In this document: one piece after another, positions 14,601 through 27,080 of the stretch
How the letters are laid out: each line of letters begins with the position of its first letter
How positions within the stretch are numbered: the first letter of the stretch is position 1
NCBI GenBank assembly: GCA_023213395.1
Contig: CM041465.1
Span: forward strand, 193,819,741 to 193,883,740
DNA from: Cycas panzhihuaensis
Taxonomy: Eukaryota; Plantae; Cycadophyta
Reading direction: 5' to 3'
DNA: 64,000 bases
Notes under the pieces: generated by a model
Told to the model about the DNA's origin: nothing
Seen by the model: only the letters and a program-made list of their open reading frames with translations
Database searches by the model: none
Position numbers and translations under genes: made by a program

Positions 14601-15807
14601 CCTCCAACTTTATTTATTTCGCCCCTATTAGTGTTGAACAATGTTGAGTTCAATAGTAAGGATGAGGACCTCCCTCATCCCATATCCCTCTTGAACATGA
14701 GTAGAGGGCGTTCGCTTCATTTTAGGTCTCAACTTGAAGCTTCTTCTATTGAGGAGCCTAGTCCTTTTTCTGATTCATATGTCATTACTCTCATCTCTTA
14801 TGTGATTTCTCATCTCGCTTCATATTCTACCTCATCGCCCTCTTCGATCGACGAGGCAAGAGAACCTCTTATCACCTATCACAAGAGGTTTCCTTCTGAC
14901 TCTTCTAGAGAGTCTCTCAACTATATTGAGTATTGGGTCGATTGTTATGGCCTTGCAGCTCCTCCTACTCCTTGTTCTTCATCTTCTCTAAGCATAACTA
15001 TCCATAGGGTAGATTGCTTTGAGAATGACGAGGCGTTGTTAGAGCATCTAGTGGGCTCCATGCCCAACCTCCCTCCTGGTCACCATAAACTTGGTTATCA
15101 GAAGATTTTATCCCTTGGGTCACCCCTAGTTAATCTAAGTCCACCTAGTTCCTCTTACTCGCCCCTTCCTATTGACTAAGCCCCTCTTCACTTCGAGAAA
15201 GGGAAGGTTATATGCATGGGGGCAATAAGGGACATCATCCTTTCTCCTGGAAAGGTCATCAAGGTGGGAGCGGAGTGTTCCCTTAGAGAAATGAAGGAAT
15301 ACACCCTTCTTTTTTAGGAGTTCTATGATATCTTCGCATGGGATTATACTAACATGAATGGAATAGACTCATCTTTATCACCCATAACTTTACTACTATT
15401 CTAGGCACTCGCCCCATGCGGCAAAAGTAATGGCCCCTCCATCTTAAACTATCTACCCCTATGAATATGGAAGTGGAGAAACTCTTAGATGCAGGGTTGA
15501 TCACCTTTATCGATTACCCTAAGTGGGTCTCAAATATCGTTTCCATTGCTAAAAAAAATGGAATGATCTAGATATATGTTGATTTCCATAATATCAATAA
15601 TGCATGTCCCAAAGACAACTTCCTTCTACCTTTTATTAATCAAATTATTGATCGAACCACTGGATTTAAAGTTATGTCCTTGATGGATAACTTTTCTAGG
15701 TATAATCAGATCCAGATTTCTCCCAAAGACCATCACAAAATGACCTTCACCACTCTTAAGGGTAAGTTCACTTACAAAGTGATGCCCTTTAGACTTAAAA
15801 ACATAGG
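11700..15807 (+). pseudogene. Tat1 gag, protease and N-terminal RT, with stops and frameshifts
   Basis: ORF fragments at 12306, 12843 and 14168. RT motifs EVEKLLDAG, WVSNIV, YNQIQI and YKVMPFRLKNIG run up to the insertion site. Confidence 0.9.
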
Positions 15808-16614
15808 TGTCATGATTTGAATTTGAATGGGAAAGTTAAAACTTAAATGAATTGAAACAAATCCAAAATAATTTACAATAATATTACATAATATTGAAGA
15901 TATTATGAATTTTCTTACAAAACTCTTTTCTTTGTGCTCTATAGAGCATGCAAAGGACTATTACAACAATTTAGGAGAGAGAAACTAAGTGCTGGGTGCT
16001 CCTTGAGCTGCTACACGTTCTTTGGAACCTTCATCTTTGAAGTTTGCAAAGAGTTTTTGGTTGCTGATAACCAAAAACCTCTTTTCTTGGTGAAGAAATC
16101 TTGCTAGTGTCTCTTTCTTGGACTACTACTGTTGCTATCTTTCTCCCTCAGCTGCAACTTCAATCTTTTGGGCTCCTTCACGATCCCCACAATAGATTTA
16201 TTTTGTTGCACTTCCGTCTTCTTCTCTCTACACAGAATTTCAGTGTTGGAGTTGCTTTCTCTTTCTGGAAAGCGATTTTAGATAACTCTCCTTGAATCTT
16301 GCTCCACTACTGTATATGGTTGCGGTGTCCTCCTTTTCCTGTTGGATTTCTCTATTTTTCTAGCCAAGATCTTGCCATTTAAAACCTTATAATACATTTT
16401 ACTTTGCATAGGTTTTTTATTTTTCTTTTTTCTAATGGATTCCAAAACGATTTAAGAAATCTTATTGAAATCCTTTTAATTCGGTGATTTTTCTCTTTAA
16501 ACGTGTAGAGGACACGTGTGAGAAGTTCCTCCTTGGATTTCATATGAAATAGACTTAATTTGAGCCACTGAAATTGTTACCGTTTTTATTACTTTTCTAT
16601 TTTTCTCGCCTCAT

Positions 16615-16935
16615 GTAGCAGTTGCCGCACCTGCAGTAGCACCTAAGTAGCAGTGACAATAGTTGCCGCAACTGCAGTAGCACCTGAGTAGTAGTGACAA
16701 CAGTTGCCATACCTGCAGTAGCACTTGAGTAGCGATGTGATTCTTTGCACTGCAGAGCACTTTGAGTAGCGATGTGATGGTTGCCACACTTGTAGTAGCA
16801 CTTGAGCGTGATGTGATTGTTGTCACACTGCGCAGAGCACTGAGTAGCAAGTGATTGCCACACCTCTGATGCACTGAGTAGCAGTGACAACACTTGGGTA
16901 GTAGTGACAACACCTTGGTAGCACCTAGTTGCACT
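16615..16935. repeat. ~41-bp tandem array inside the CRM LTR (~8 units)
   Basis: The unit agttgccgcacctgcagtagcacctgagtagcagtgacaac starts at 16620, 16661 and 16702. Confidence 0.9.
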
Positions 16936-17139
16936 TGTAGAAATACATGTTTTTACATTTTTTAAGCATTTTAAAGGTATTTTTTTACTAAATGAAGACC
17001 ATTAAGCCTCTTTAAGGCATTTTTCTACTAAATAAAGACCATAAACATGAAAAACAAAGTATTTTAAGAGTATTATAAACTTAAAGATCTAAAAACAGAC
17101 CAGAACTCCCCTTTTTAGGAGTTCATGGCCTCATGAACT

Positions 17140-20100
17140 TTATAGTTGAAGATGAGGGAATTTGATTTTCCTTATCTCCTTATTGTACCATTTTGCTTTG
17201 CTAGGTACTTGTCCTTTTTGTGTAATTCTGAAGGACTTGATTATGCCCCTTCGAGTCTTGGTCTGCTTCCTTTTAAGAATGCAAAGCTTGTCTTACTTGA
17301 AAAAGAAGTCCATCTTTCAACTGGAAATCAACTACTTTTCCTTGTTGTAGTTGCTCAAAGATAGGCTTGAATGCCTCATCTTTCAAATACAAATCAACAT
17401 ATTCATCGTGGTAGAAAGGTTGAAATTGCATAGCTACCAACAAACTAGAAATACCTTGCTATTGAGGAGGTCTGGACAACAAATCTGCAATCTTATTCGT
17501 CATTCCTTTCTTGTATTTAACCACGATGTGAAACTGCTGTAAATAGGACATCTACTTCATGTGCCTAGCCTACTGCAATTTGGACTAAGTCTGCAAGAAT
17601 TGCAAAAGCTTATGGTTAGTGTGGATGACCACTTCTTTTCCTAACAAATATGGTCTCCAATGCTTCACTGCTTAGTGTAATGCATAGAGCTCCTTATCGT
17701 AAGTTGGGTAGTTTATGGCAGCTCCATTAAATATCTCTGAATAGTATGTTATCAGTTTTCCTTCTTGCTTCAATACTGCTTCCATGGCATAGCCTAAAGC
17801 ATCAGTCTCCAATTCAAATGGCTTCTACAGCGAGGGTAAAACTAACACTGGTGCTTCATAAATTTTCTACTTCAAAAGCCTGAAAGCATTTTCTTGTTCA
17901 TTCTCCCAATGAAACTTTGCATGTCCTCCCATCAATGCATGAAGAGGTGCTACAATTTGAGAGAATCTGAAAATAAATTTTCTTAAATATTGACATACAC
18001 CAATGAAACTTCTTACCTCTGTGGCTGTCTTGGGTGTGGACCAATTAAGAATGACTTTAATTTTTGCTAGGTCAATCTTCAATTCTCCTCCTCCATCCAT
18101 GAAACCTAAGAAGATAAGAGATTACTTTCTAAACTCACACTTCTTCAGATTTAGTTTCAACTGCTACTCTTGGAGAACTTTGAGCACTTGCTTGATATGT
18201 TAGAGGTGCTCCTCCCAAGTATGGTTAAAATTCAGAATATCATCTAGATAAACAATTACAAAGTCATCAATGAAGGGTCTTAATACCTCATTCATCAACC
18301 TCATGAAGGTGGCAGGTGCATTGCACAAACCAAACAGCATCGCCAACCATTCAAACAATCCTTGCTTCGATTTGAAGGCTGTCTTCCAAGTATCCTCCTC
18401 TTGGATTCAAACCTGATGGTAGCCTGATTTCAGGTCCATTTTGTTGAAATATCTTGCCGACTATAGCTGGTCCAACAAGTCATCTATCTGTGGTAAGGGA
18501 TATCTATTCTTTATGGTGATCTTGTTCAAAGCTCGGTAGTCAATGCACATTCTCCATCCTCCATCTTTCTTTGGCACCAAAACAATAGACGATCCACATG
18601 GGGAACAACTTGGCTTGATTACTCCTTGTTCCAAGAGTTCTTGAATCTGCCTCTTAATTTCTTCATTCTCCAAAACTAAGTTTCAGTAGAGACTAAGATT
18701 CGACAAAGGTGAATCAGCAACTAGCTGGATTTCATGTTCAATTACCCTTTTAGGGGGCAACCCTTTTGGCTCTTAGAATACATCATTATACATATTCCTT
18801 AGGCCTTCAATTTACTGCACTTGCTTCCTATCCAGTGCCTGTATTGAGGACTCTGCTTGCTCGTTTTCTTCCACCTTTGGCTTTATCATTAGCAGCACAA
18901 ACTTTCGACAAGCATTAATTAATCTTTTCGCTTGTTGGGAAGATATAAGAGAAATCTTCTTTTATAGCTTTGATGCATTGATCAGATATGATCTCCCATC
19001 CTTGATGAGTCAAATCTTTCTCAGCCTCCTGTGATGAACTCCATCTCTATCATAGAGATATAGGCTGCCAAACACAACTTGACAAACATCTAAAGGGACT
19101 ACTTCACATTCAGCTTCATCAATGAACTTTTCAGATATTGCAAATTTAAACTTACATTGGTGAGTAACCTGCAACTCTAAATCTTTTTGCAACCATCCAA
19201 GAGGATATGGTTTTGGATGTGCATGCATTTTTTATCCCAGTTTCCTTACCAATGCTTCTAAGATTAAATTCTTTTGGCTTCCTCCATCAAGGATGGCATC
19301 AACCATACTTTGCTTCACTTGGATTCTTACCATGAAGAGCTCCTCTCTAATCTCTGTATCAACTTAATGATGGTTACTTTTAGGCTCTACGTTAGCCATG
19401 AGCATTAACTTTTCATTGGCTTCTTCAATACCGTAAACATCTTCATTACCTACAGAGTTAAGTAAAGTTTTACCTTCAGTTTTAACTTTACCTTTCCCCT
19501 TGTTCTTAGGTCATTTCTCTGGGTGTAGGAACTGACAATCTTCTATGCTGTGACCCGCTCGTTTGCAATGAGTATAAGTGACTTTGATTTGGGTAGTATT
19601 AGCTTGTTTCATCTTGCCAAAACCCCTAATGGATTGTTGTCCAACTTTACCTGGAAACCTCATTCCTTGGGCAAGTTTGTTGCTAGCTTCTTGAGGTGCA
19701 AACCTTTTCCTCTCAGCATAAGCCTTCTTGTTCCTCTTTTCTATGGCAATCGCCTTCTTGCTAGCTTCATCGAGCGATTTAACTTTAAATAGTTGAAGTT
19801 CTTGCTGAATATGCTGGTGCAATCCTCCAATATACTTCAGCATGATATCTTTACCCAGTAAAGAGATGCCCAACACAACAGCTTGCTTTTGAAATTCTAT
19901 TCTGTAGTCTTGGACATTTTGGCCTCTTTCGTATCGGTAATATTGCCATTTAATCCTCTATTGCTCTTCATATCCAATAGGATATAATTGCTTCTTTATG
20001 AGGATTTTAAATTGTTGCCAAGTAATTTCATTCATATTATGGGATTTAAGGTATGCATTCCACCAAACTAATGCATGCTTCGATAATTTTAACCTAGCAA

Positions 20101-20542
20101 AAGTAATTTTTTGCAGGTTTTTATACCTATAAATGGAAAAGTATGTTTCCAGTTAGTCCAACCAACCATCTAATTTTTCGGCATCCAAAGTTCCATCATA
20201 GATGGGCAATTCAAGTTTTTCCTCTACCTTGAATGGATGTATGAATACTGCCAGATTTTCATTTTCTTATTGGTCTTCTACTAGCTGTTCATTCATGTCT
20301 TCTTTCATTGGTTCATCTTCTTCCTTCTTTACGCCTTTGGCTGTTGAAGAAGAGGTTGCAACTTGTTGAGAGACTAGTTGCCCCATAGGTTGGGTTAGTC
20401 TGTTGAGGTTTTACTCCATCTTTACGAACCTTTCCTCCATCTTTTGCTCTGGATCAACCATCTTCCTTTGCTATCTATGTTCTTTCTCAAGAGGTTTGGT
20501 TAAAGGTTCACCCATTAACAAATACTTATATCTAGATTTCAT
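17140..20542 (-). pseudogene. gag-PR-RT-RH-chromodomain polyprotein with integrase missing
   Basis: Gag Zn knuckle (YTHCKRAGHSIEDC), IDGGSQKN-type PR, RT ([22 protein letters not shown]) and RH (ETDA...IADLLSR). These are followed directly by KLC-ILKRKQTKTRRGIIKSFRITQKGQVPSKAKWY...FPHL*. Confidence 0.85.
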
Positions 20543-21448
20543 AAAAACTTTCACAATGAAAGCAAGAGGATTTTTTTCTTTCTTTTTCTTTAAGAATCCC
20601 TAAGTTCCCAAGGGTTTCAAGAAAACTAACTTTGATACCAAAATATTGATCTAAATTTGAATGAGAAAGTTAAGACTTAAACCAATTAAAATAGATCCAT
20701 AATAATTTACAATAATATTATATAATATTGAAGATATTATGAATTTTCTTACAAAACTCTTTTCTTTGTGCTCTATGGAGCATGCAAAGGACTACTACAA
20801 CAATTTGGGAGAGAGAAACTAAGTGCTGGGCACTCCTTGAGCTACTACACGTTCTTTAGAACCTCCGTCTTTGAAGTTTGTAAAGAGTTTTTGGTTGCTG
20901 ATAACCAAAAACCTCTTTTCTTGGTGAAGAAATCTTGCTGCCATCTCTTTCTTAGACTACTGTTGTTGCTATCTTCCTCCCTCAGCTGCAACTTCAATCG
21001 TTTGGGCTCCTTCACTATCCCCACAATAGATTTATTTTGTTACACTTTCGTCTTCTTCTCTCTATGTAGAATTTCAGTGTTGGAGTCATTTTCTCTTTCC
21101 AGAAAGTGATTTTAGATAACTCTCCTTGAATCTTGCTCTACTACTGTGTATGGCTATGACGTCCTCCTTTTCCTCTCAGATTTCTCTATTTTTTCGGCTA
21201 AGATCTTGCCATTTAAAACCCTATAATGCGTTTTACTTTGTACATGTTTTCTATTTTTCTATTTTCTAATGGATTCCAAAACAGTTTAAGAAATCTTGAT
21301 GAAATCCTTTTAATTCAGTGATTTTTCTCTTTAAATGTGTAGAGGATATGTATGAGAAGTTCCTCCTCAAATTTCGTGTGAAACAGACTTAATTTGAGCT
21401 TCCAAAATCATTATCATTTTTATTACTTTTCTATTTTTCCTGCCTCAG

Positions 21449-21660
21449 GTAGCAGTTGCCGTACCTATAGTAGCACCTGAGTAGCAGTGATAGTAGTTGC
21501 CACACCTGCAGTAGCACTTGAGTAGTAGTGACAGCAGTTTCCACACTTGTAGTAGCACCTGAGTAGTAGTGATAGTAGTTGCCGCACCTATAGTAGCACC
21601 TGAGTAGGAGTGACGACACCTGGGTAGCAGTGACAACACCTTGGTAGCACCTAGTTGCAC
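21449..21660. repeat. Same ~41-bp array in the other CRM LTR (~5 units)
   Basis: Same unit with fewer copies than the left LTR. Confidence 0.9.
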
Positions 21661-21828
21661 TTGTAAAAATACATTTTTTTACATTTTTAAAGCCTTTTTA
21701 AGGCATTTTTCTACTAAATGAAGACCATTAAGCCTCTTTACGGTATTTTTCTACTAAATGAAGACCATAAACATGAAAAACAAAGTATTTTAAGAGTATT
21801 ATAAACTTAAAGATCAGAAAATGAATCA

Positions 21829-24037
21829 TGCCACTTACTAAAGGGTGATGTAGTTCATCTTTCATGACCTCATAAACAAAACCCTCAAGGTCTTCATGGA
21901 TGACATGATGGGTCTTTCATGTAAAAGGGCCCAGCATCTTGATAATTTACATGCCATCCTTACTAGGTGTTGTAAATATCATGTTAGCTTGAATTCTCTT
22001 AAATGTATGTTTGTCGAAATAACTGACAAACTTTTGGGTTTCTATGTTTCAAAACAAGGAATCCAAATTGACCCCAATAAAGTCAAGGCCATCCTTGACA
22101 TGACTCCTCCCAAGACTTAATGACAAATCAATTCATTTTTAAGTAGGTTGGATTTCCTCAGGTGTTTCTTAGCAAACTTCACCATAAATGCTAAACCCCT
22201 CATTAACTTATTAAAGAACGGGGCCCTTTTTGTTTGGTCTCCAAAGGCCTAGGAAGCTTTCCAAGAACTCAAAAGATCCTTGGCTTCTGCTATGATCTCG
22301 ATGCCTCCCCTCTTTGATTGACCTTTTATCCTTTACAACTCAACTACTGATGAATCCTTAGGGGTCATTCTTTCCCAAGAGGATGATTCGAGAACTAACA
22401 GGGCTATATACTTTATCAGTCACACCCTAGTAGTTGATGAGCTCAATTATTCCCTTGCTAAGAAGGAATGCCTCACCTTAGTGCATACCACTAAGAAATC
22501 CAGGTATTACTTGCTTGGTAACACCACTCAAGTGATCATCCAATATGATCCCTTGAGATATCTCCTAACTTAATCCAACTTTACTCATAGGACTAGTAGG
22601 TTGGTCATCCTCCTTTAAGAATACGATCTCCAAATTGTTAATAAGAAGTCAAAGAAGGAGATGGTGATCACTAAGCAGCTAGCTAATACCCCCATCCCTA
22701 ATTCTTTAAACACTCTTGTTGATGATTCCTTGTCAGACGAGTCTATCCTTTCCATTCAAGACTCGTCCCACCATTCATTAGCTAATAATGAATTGTATGG
22801 GGATATTGTATGATACCTTACTGAATAGTAGTATTGTCCTGATGCTAGTGACAAGTTAAGGTCATGCGTTAGGACCACTACTAGGTAGTACTTCCTCATA
22901 GAGGAGGTGTTGTATAAAAGATCCTTTGATGGGGTCCTCCTTTACTATGTAAACCTTGATGAGGTAAATTAGATACTCCACGAATGCCATAATGACATTT
23001 GTGAGGGCCACTTTGGGGGCTAATCTATGTCCCATAGGATACTTCGCATGGGTTACTATTGGCCGTCCCTTTTTAAGGATGCCCATGCTTATGTTTTGTG
23101 ATGCCACAGGTGCCAAGAGCATGCCAATGTCATCTATTCTCCTTCTGAGGTCCTACACTCTATTATCTCTTTATGACCATTTTCTCAATGGGGATTATAG
23201 CTCATTAGGGCCACAATCCCTTCTTCTTTGTCATAACACAAGTTTATCTTGACTACAACAAAATATTTCACTAAATGGGCCAAAGCAGTCCCCTTGTCTT
23301 CCACTTATAGTAAGACTATAACTACCTTTATCTACCAACATATTATCTATTAATTTGGGATTCATAATGTCTTGATCGCAGATAATGGAACTCCCTTTTG
23401 TAATAAGTAAATGGATGAGCTTTGTAGGAAGTTTTGGATATCGCACAAGACTTCTTGTTCTTATTACCCTTAGGCTAATGGCCAAATCGAGTCCTTCAAC
23501 AAGACTCTTATAAACATCCTAAAGAAAATCATTGCTCAATTCTAAAAGGATTAGCACCTTCAACTTCCCTCTACTTTATGGGCATACCACACTTCCATTC
23601 GCATGGCCATATAGATAACTCCATTCTCCTTTATATATGGAATTGAGATGGTCCTCCCCTTGGAAGTTGAAATTCCCTCCTTGCATGTCTCTCTTTGAGG
23701 TCTTATTGATGAGGAATCCTATCATTAGGCCCACCTCCTTGACCTTGAGGCTTTAGATGAGAGACATTTGGTTGCATATCAAGCGAATCCCACCTCCAAA
23801 GCTAGGCCATAAAGAATGTATAACAAACATCTTCACTCTTACCCTTTGCATCCTGGGGACTACATCCTTAAGCTAGAATACCTCCACAATCGCCTATCTA
23901 AATTCAGGCCTAAATGGGTTGGTCCTTTCATCATTCTCGAAAGTATCAACAATGGCACCTATAGGATTGCAACTCTAGAGGGTATTGAGTTTGATAAGGC
24001 CATTAATGGTAAAATTTTAAAGAAATTATATGTGTGA
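21829..24037 (+). pseudogene. pol: Tat1 C-terminal RT, native RNase H and integrase
   Basis: ATY*RVM*FIFHDL...FMDD; FILYNSTTDESLGVILSQED; ECHNDICEGHFG...YYWPSLFKDA; ADNGTPF; FRPKWVGPF...AINGKILKKLYV*. Confidence 0.9.
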
Positions 24038-24739
24038 CCTTCCCTACTCCCAAGTAGATTAGACATACCCCTTCTTTCTTCTCACTCTGAAATGAGCCTA
24101 AACTATCACTCTAAGAATGTCCCTATTCCCTCTAACCATAGGTGGAATGGAAGTTTAGAGTCACCCCCTCATTTTTATGGTTTCGCTAGTTACATATCAT
24201 CTTTTGTTTCTCCTATAAAGGAAACCTCTCCTCTCCTAGTCGAGCATGTAAACTTCTTTAACTCTCGAGCCTAGAATAGCACCCCAACTAGGACCTCTTG
24301 TTTAAGTATCTATACTCCCTCTTTGTCATTGTTTCCTTTGCATATCCATTGTGCTTTCTCGATGGACATGCCACACATGATATAACAATAAAAACATATA
24401 TAACAATCAGCTAAAACCATCATAATGCATAATCCTTCATGCACCCATGCACCCATATCTCTATGCATCTATCTATCCATTCATATACACAAACACACAA
24501 ATAAAAAATACAACATCATCACAAAACCATCACAATACCATCATCATGGGTTAAATGGGGTACTAATTAGCCCTTATTTATATACATATAAATCATATCA
24601 TACAAGGTCATATAGGACATCAATTAGGTGTCATGCCCTAGGAAGTTGGAATCCTTATAGGGAGGAGTATAATCATGTGCTCATATATGGTGTGACTCCT
24701 TAAAGGTCCAGTACTTTTCTACCTAAAACTAATAATACA

Positions 24740-25392
24740 TCGAAGCTCCTTGGTACCTTGCCCTCAGAGGGTATCATCTCCTCACCAGGAGACCACATTC
24801 CTCCTAGGCTCCTTTGTCGTTACTATGAACTCCCCACCTTTCTCTCCATATGTTAAGGCCTCCTCTGGGTCACCACCATCATATGAGTATGAGACCTTCT
24901 CAATGATGACCTACTGGCGATCTACTCTACTAGCTAATCATATCTCACCTAGATATGACCCCTCTCCCCCTCTGTTACTTAGAGCCTCTCCTTAAGCATA
25001 GCGATCCTGATCTAACTCTCTATATCTTTGCCTACTCCTCCTCCTCCTTAAGTCTCTAGTGCCTAAAGTCAGCCTCATAGGGCATCCTTCTCTGTGGCTA
25101 TCTGGTCCCTCTCTGTGCAAAGTCCATCTAGCTCAACTTGTAGCTACCCTGTCCTCACCTGGTGTCCCTGGGACTTTGATGCCTATATATCCCTAGCTCT
25201 TATTAGTGGGGTAAATTCCGCTCTATATTCCCCTGCTGATTAAGGCTCCTTGCTAACTAGGATGGGAGGTTATCCCTCCACATAGACCTGGGGAAATAAC
25301 TCCCAAACTACCATCTCCAGTAGCCTCATCATCTTTGCTACTCCTACCAAACCATACATACTAGGTGTTAGTCTAATATATCTATATCTATA

Positions 25393-25425
<33 letters not shown>

Positions 25426-25960
25426 CATCTAAATCAAATCAAAGAAAACTATCTAAATAGCTAGTGATTGAAAGATGTCAAGTTAGGGTGGTGTCTCACC
25501 TCCTGGTATGACTGGCTCCTCGACTCTAATGACCACCTCCTCTATAGGAGCTCCTTGAGTAATTACTCCTCCATCCTCTACCTCTGGTACTAACTCTCCT
25601 ATCTCCTGAGTTGTTAGAGTATCTCTTGCATTATCTCCTCCCTCTACCACAACTATTGCTACCTCTGCTACTGCCATCATAACTACTACTATTATAGGAA
25701 CCTTACCCACTACTCTCCCTCTGCCTGTCAGTGCATGTGGTGGTCTATCTCCCCTATCAGGTGTTGATGGCCCTCCCTCACCTCCTGTAGCTCTTGATGA
25801 GCCTGCCCCATCACCCCCATCATCACCTCTACCCTTGTCAAGGTCATCTCCTAACTCCCTTGCCATGTCATCACTCTCCTAGTGTACCCCTCTATATGGG
25901 TCTACCATGTAGTTTACTAGGGTAAGTAGGTTGAGCGATGTCACCTCCATTGACCTCCAT
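24740..25960 (-). pseudogene. 3' remnant of a spliced antisense accessory gene (end of PMD, acidic linker, intron 25344-25499, coiled-coil-like last exon)
   Basis: Donor AG|GTGAGA at 25499, CTAAC branch point, acceptor TTGGTAG at 25344. Splicing is in frame (..IPG-G|VAKMMRLLEMVVWELFPQVYVEG). Homologous to Tat2 59700-60250. Confidence 0.75.
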
Positions 25961-26763
25961 ATATAAACATATATAATCATCTTTAACTAACTGTATTTGT
26001 GTTATAATCTCTCTAGAGGATAAGGACTCCTCATATAATTTATGTCTTATAAGCTGTGATATCTTAAAGATCAACAAATTGAGATCAAGTAGACAATCAA
26101 TGCACTTCTTCAACAAGAGCTTATTCCTAGACTTGTTCCTTTCTACTACTTTAGAACCCCCTCCTTCCAACACCTTATTAATATTTCATCAAAGTTTAAC
26201 TAAAATCTCCTCTATAGCCTTGGAGTTTTAGATAAAAGTATTACTATTTTTATCCAAAATATTAGGCAAGATGCTTAAACCATAGTTAAGAGAAATGCCA
26301 CTCATCTTTCTTCTATGGGTCTAGCTAATACATGGCTTTGATTCTTAACTATATTTAAGGGAATATGAGGTAGATGTAAACACTACTCCCTATTGGAATT
26401 TTTGAAGGGATCTAAGGGTTTTGGTATGTTTCAGAGATTGCCCATATATAAAAATTACATATGCATAAAAATCACCAAATAGAGTAGCTCTGAGTTGCCA
26501 CATAGAGATTGCATATGCCCAAACCTCCTATCATCATCTACTCATATATAACCATGGTGAAATTTATCACCCACACATGGAGAATTTATGAAGAAAATTG
26601 ATCTAAAGATAATATACAATTGATCTATTAGTCCATACAATGAAAGTTTAATCCAGAGAAGAAATAGGTATGATTATTCATTAAAATAAAAAATTTATAT
26701 TTAAATTTCTTAATTAAATTATATTTTATATTATTTCAGACCCATAGGTATCAAATATTATTA

Positions 26764-26767
<4 letters not shown>

Positions 26768-26832
<65 letters not shown>
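26768..26832. repeat. (TA)n(CA)n microsatellite
   Basis: Seen directly. Confidence 0.95.
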
Positions 26833-26833
<1 letters not shown>

Positions 26834-26884
26834 TGCAAATATAAAATTGAATTAAGTTATTTTTGATAAGTTTTAAAATCTATG

Positions 26885-27080
26885 AAGCCCCCTTGTAGTT
26901 CAGTGAATAATCACATAAAGTGAACACATGACTAACAACCCTAGCTGAAATGGGATAAATGATTTTTATTAAGGATTTTATGTGACTAGTGACCCTAGCC
27001 AAAAGGGGCTGAGTGATTTTTCTTAAGGATTACACACTTTTCTATGACATACTAACATTATTTTAAGTATAATGTTTCAC
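26885..27080 (+). repeat. Dispersed repeat related to 3568-3607 + 7800-7898, with an internal ~56-bp duplication
   Basis: Shared aagcccc ... aaaagg[ag]gct[ag]ag...ttttcttaaggatt...atgacata. Confidence 0.5.

Larger units (their letters stand above)
15813..21828 (-). mobile_element. CRM-clade chromovirus with deleted integrase, nested in Tat1 RT
   Basis: LTRs at 15813-17102 and 20647-21828 with TGAT...ATCA-type ends. TSD tgtca/tgcca; removing the element restores KNIGATY in the host RT. PBS tttgatacca at 20631-20640. PPT gaactcccctttt at 17103-17115. CRM-like protease region HPKPYPLGWL...CEVVPLDVC. Confidence 0.9.
7899..25960 (+). mobile_element. Tat/Ogre-clade Gypsy retrotransposon Tat1, 3'-truncated and interrupted by a CRM-like element
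   Basis: 5' LTR, PBS, gag (PEVPKFDG...GDALKWFYRLP), PR (YNLLLGHP), RT (FAWDY...CPKDNFLLP...FMDD), RH and INT (YYWPSL...KWVGPF). An antisense 3' gene remnant follows. No 3' LTR found. Confidence 0.9.

Noticed and set aside
14442-15179. 245-aa ORF between PR and RT of Tat1 as a possible aRH position
   Set aside because: Ser/Pro-rich linker with no DG..GN, NN.AE or DS motifs.
16597-16934. Cys/Thr-rich ORFs (also 21431-21660) that look like metallothioneins, and a repeat array that could be mistaken for CRISPR
   Set aside because: They are translations of the 41-bp LTR minisatellite. There are no unique spacers and no cas genes.
25393-25424. Poly(A) run suggesting a LINE or retrocopy tail
   Set aside because: It is the T-tract inside the antisense intron 25344-25499. 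No TSD or LINE sequence.
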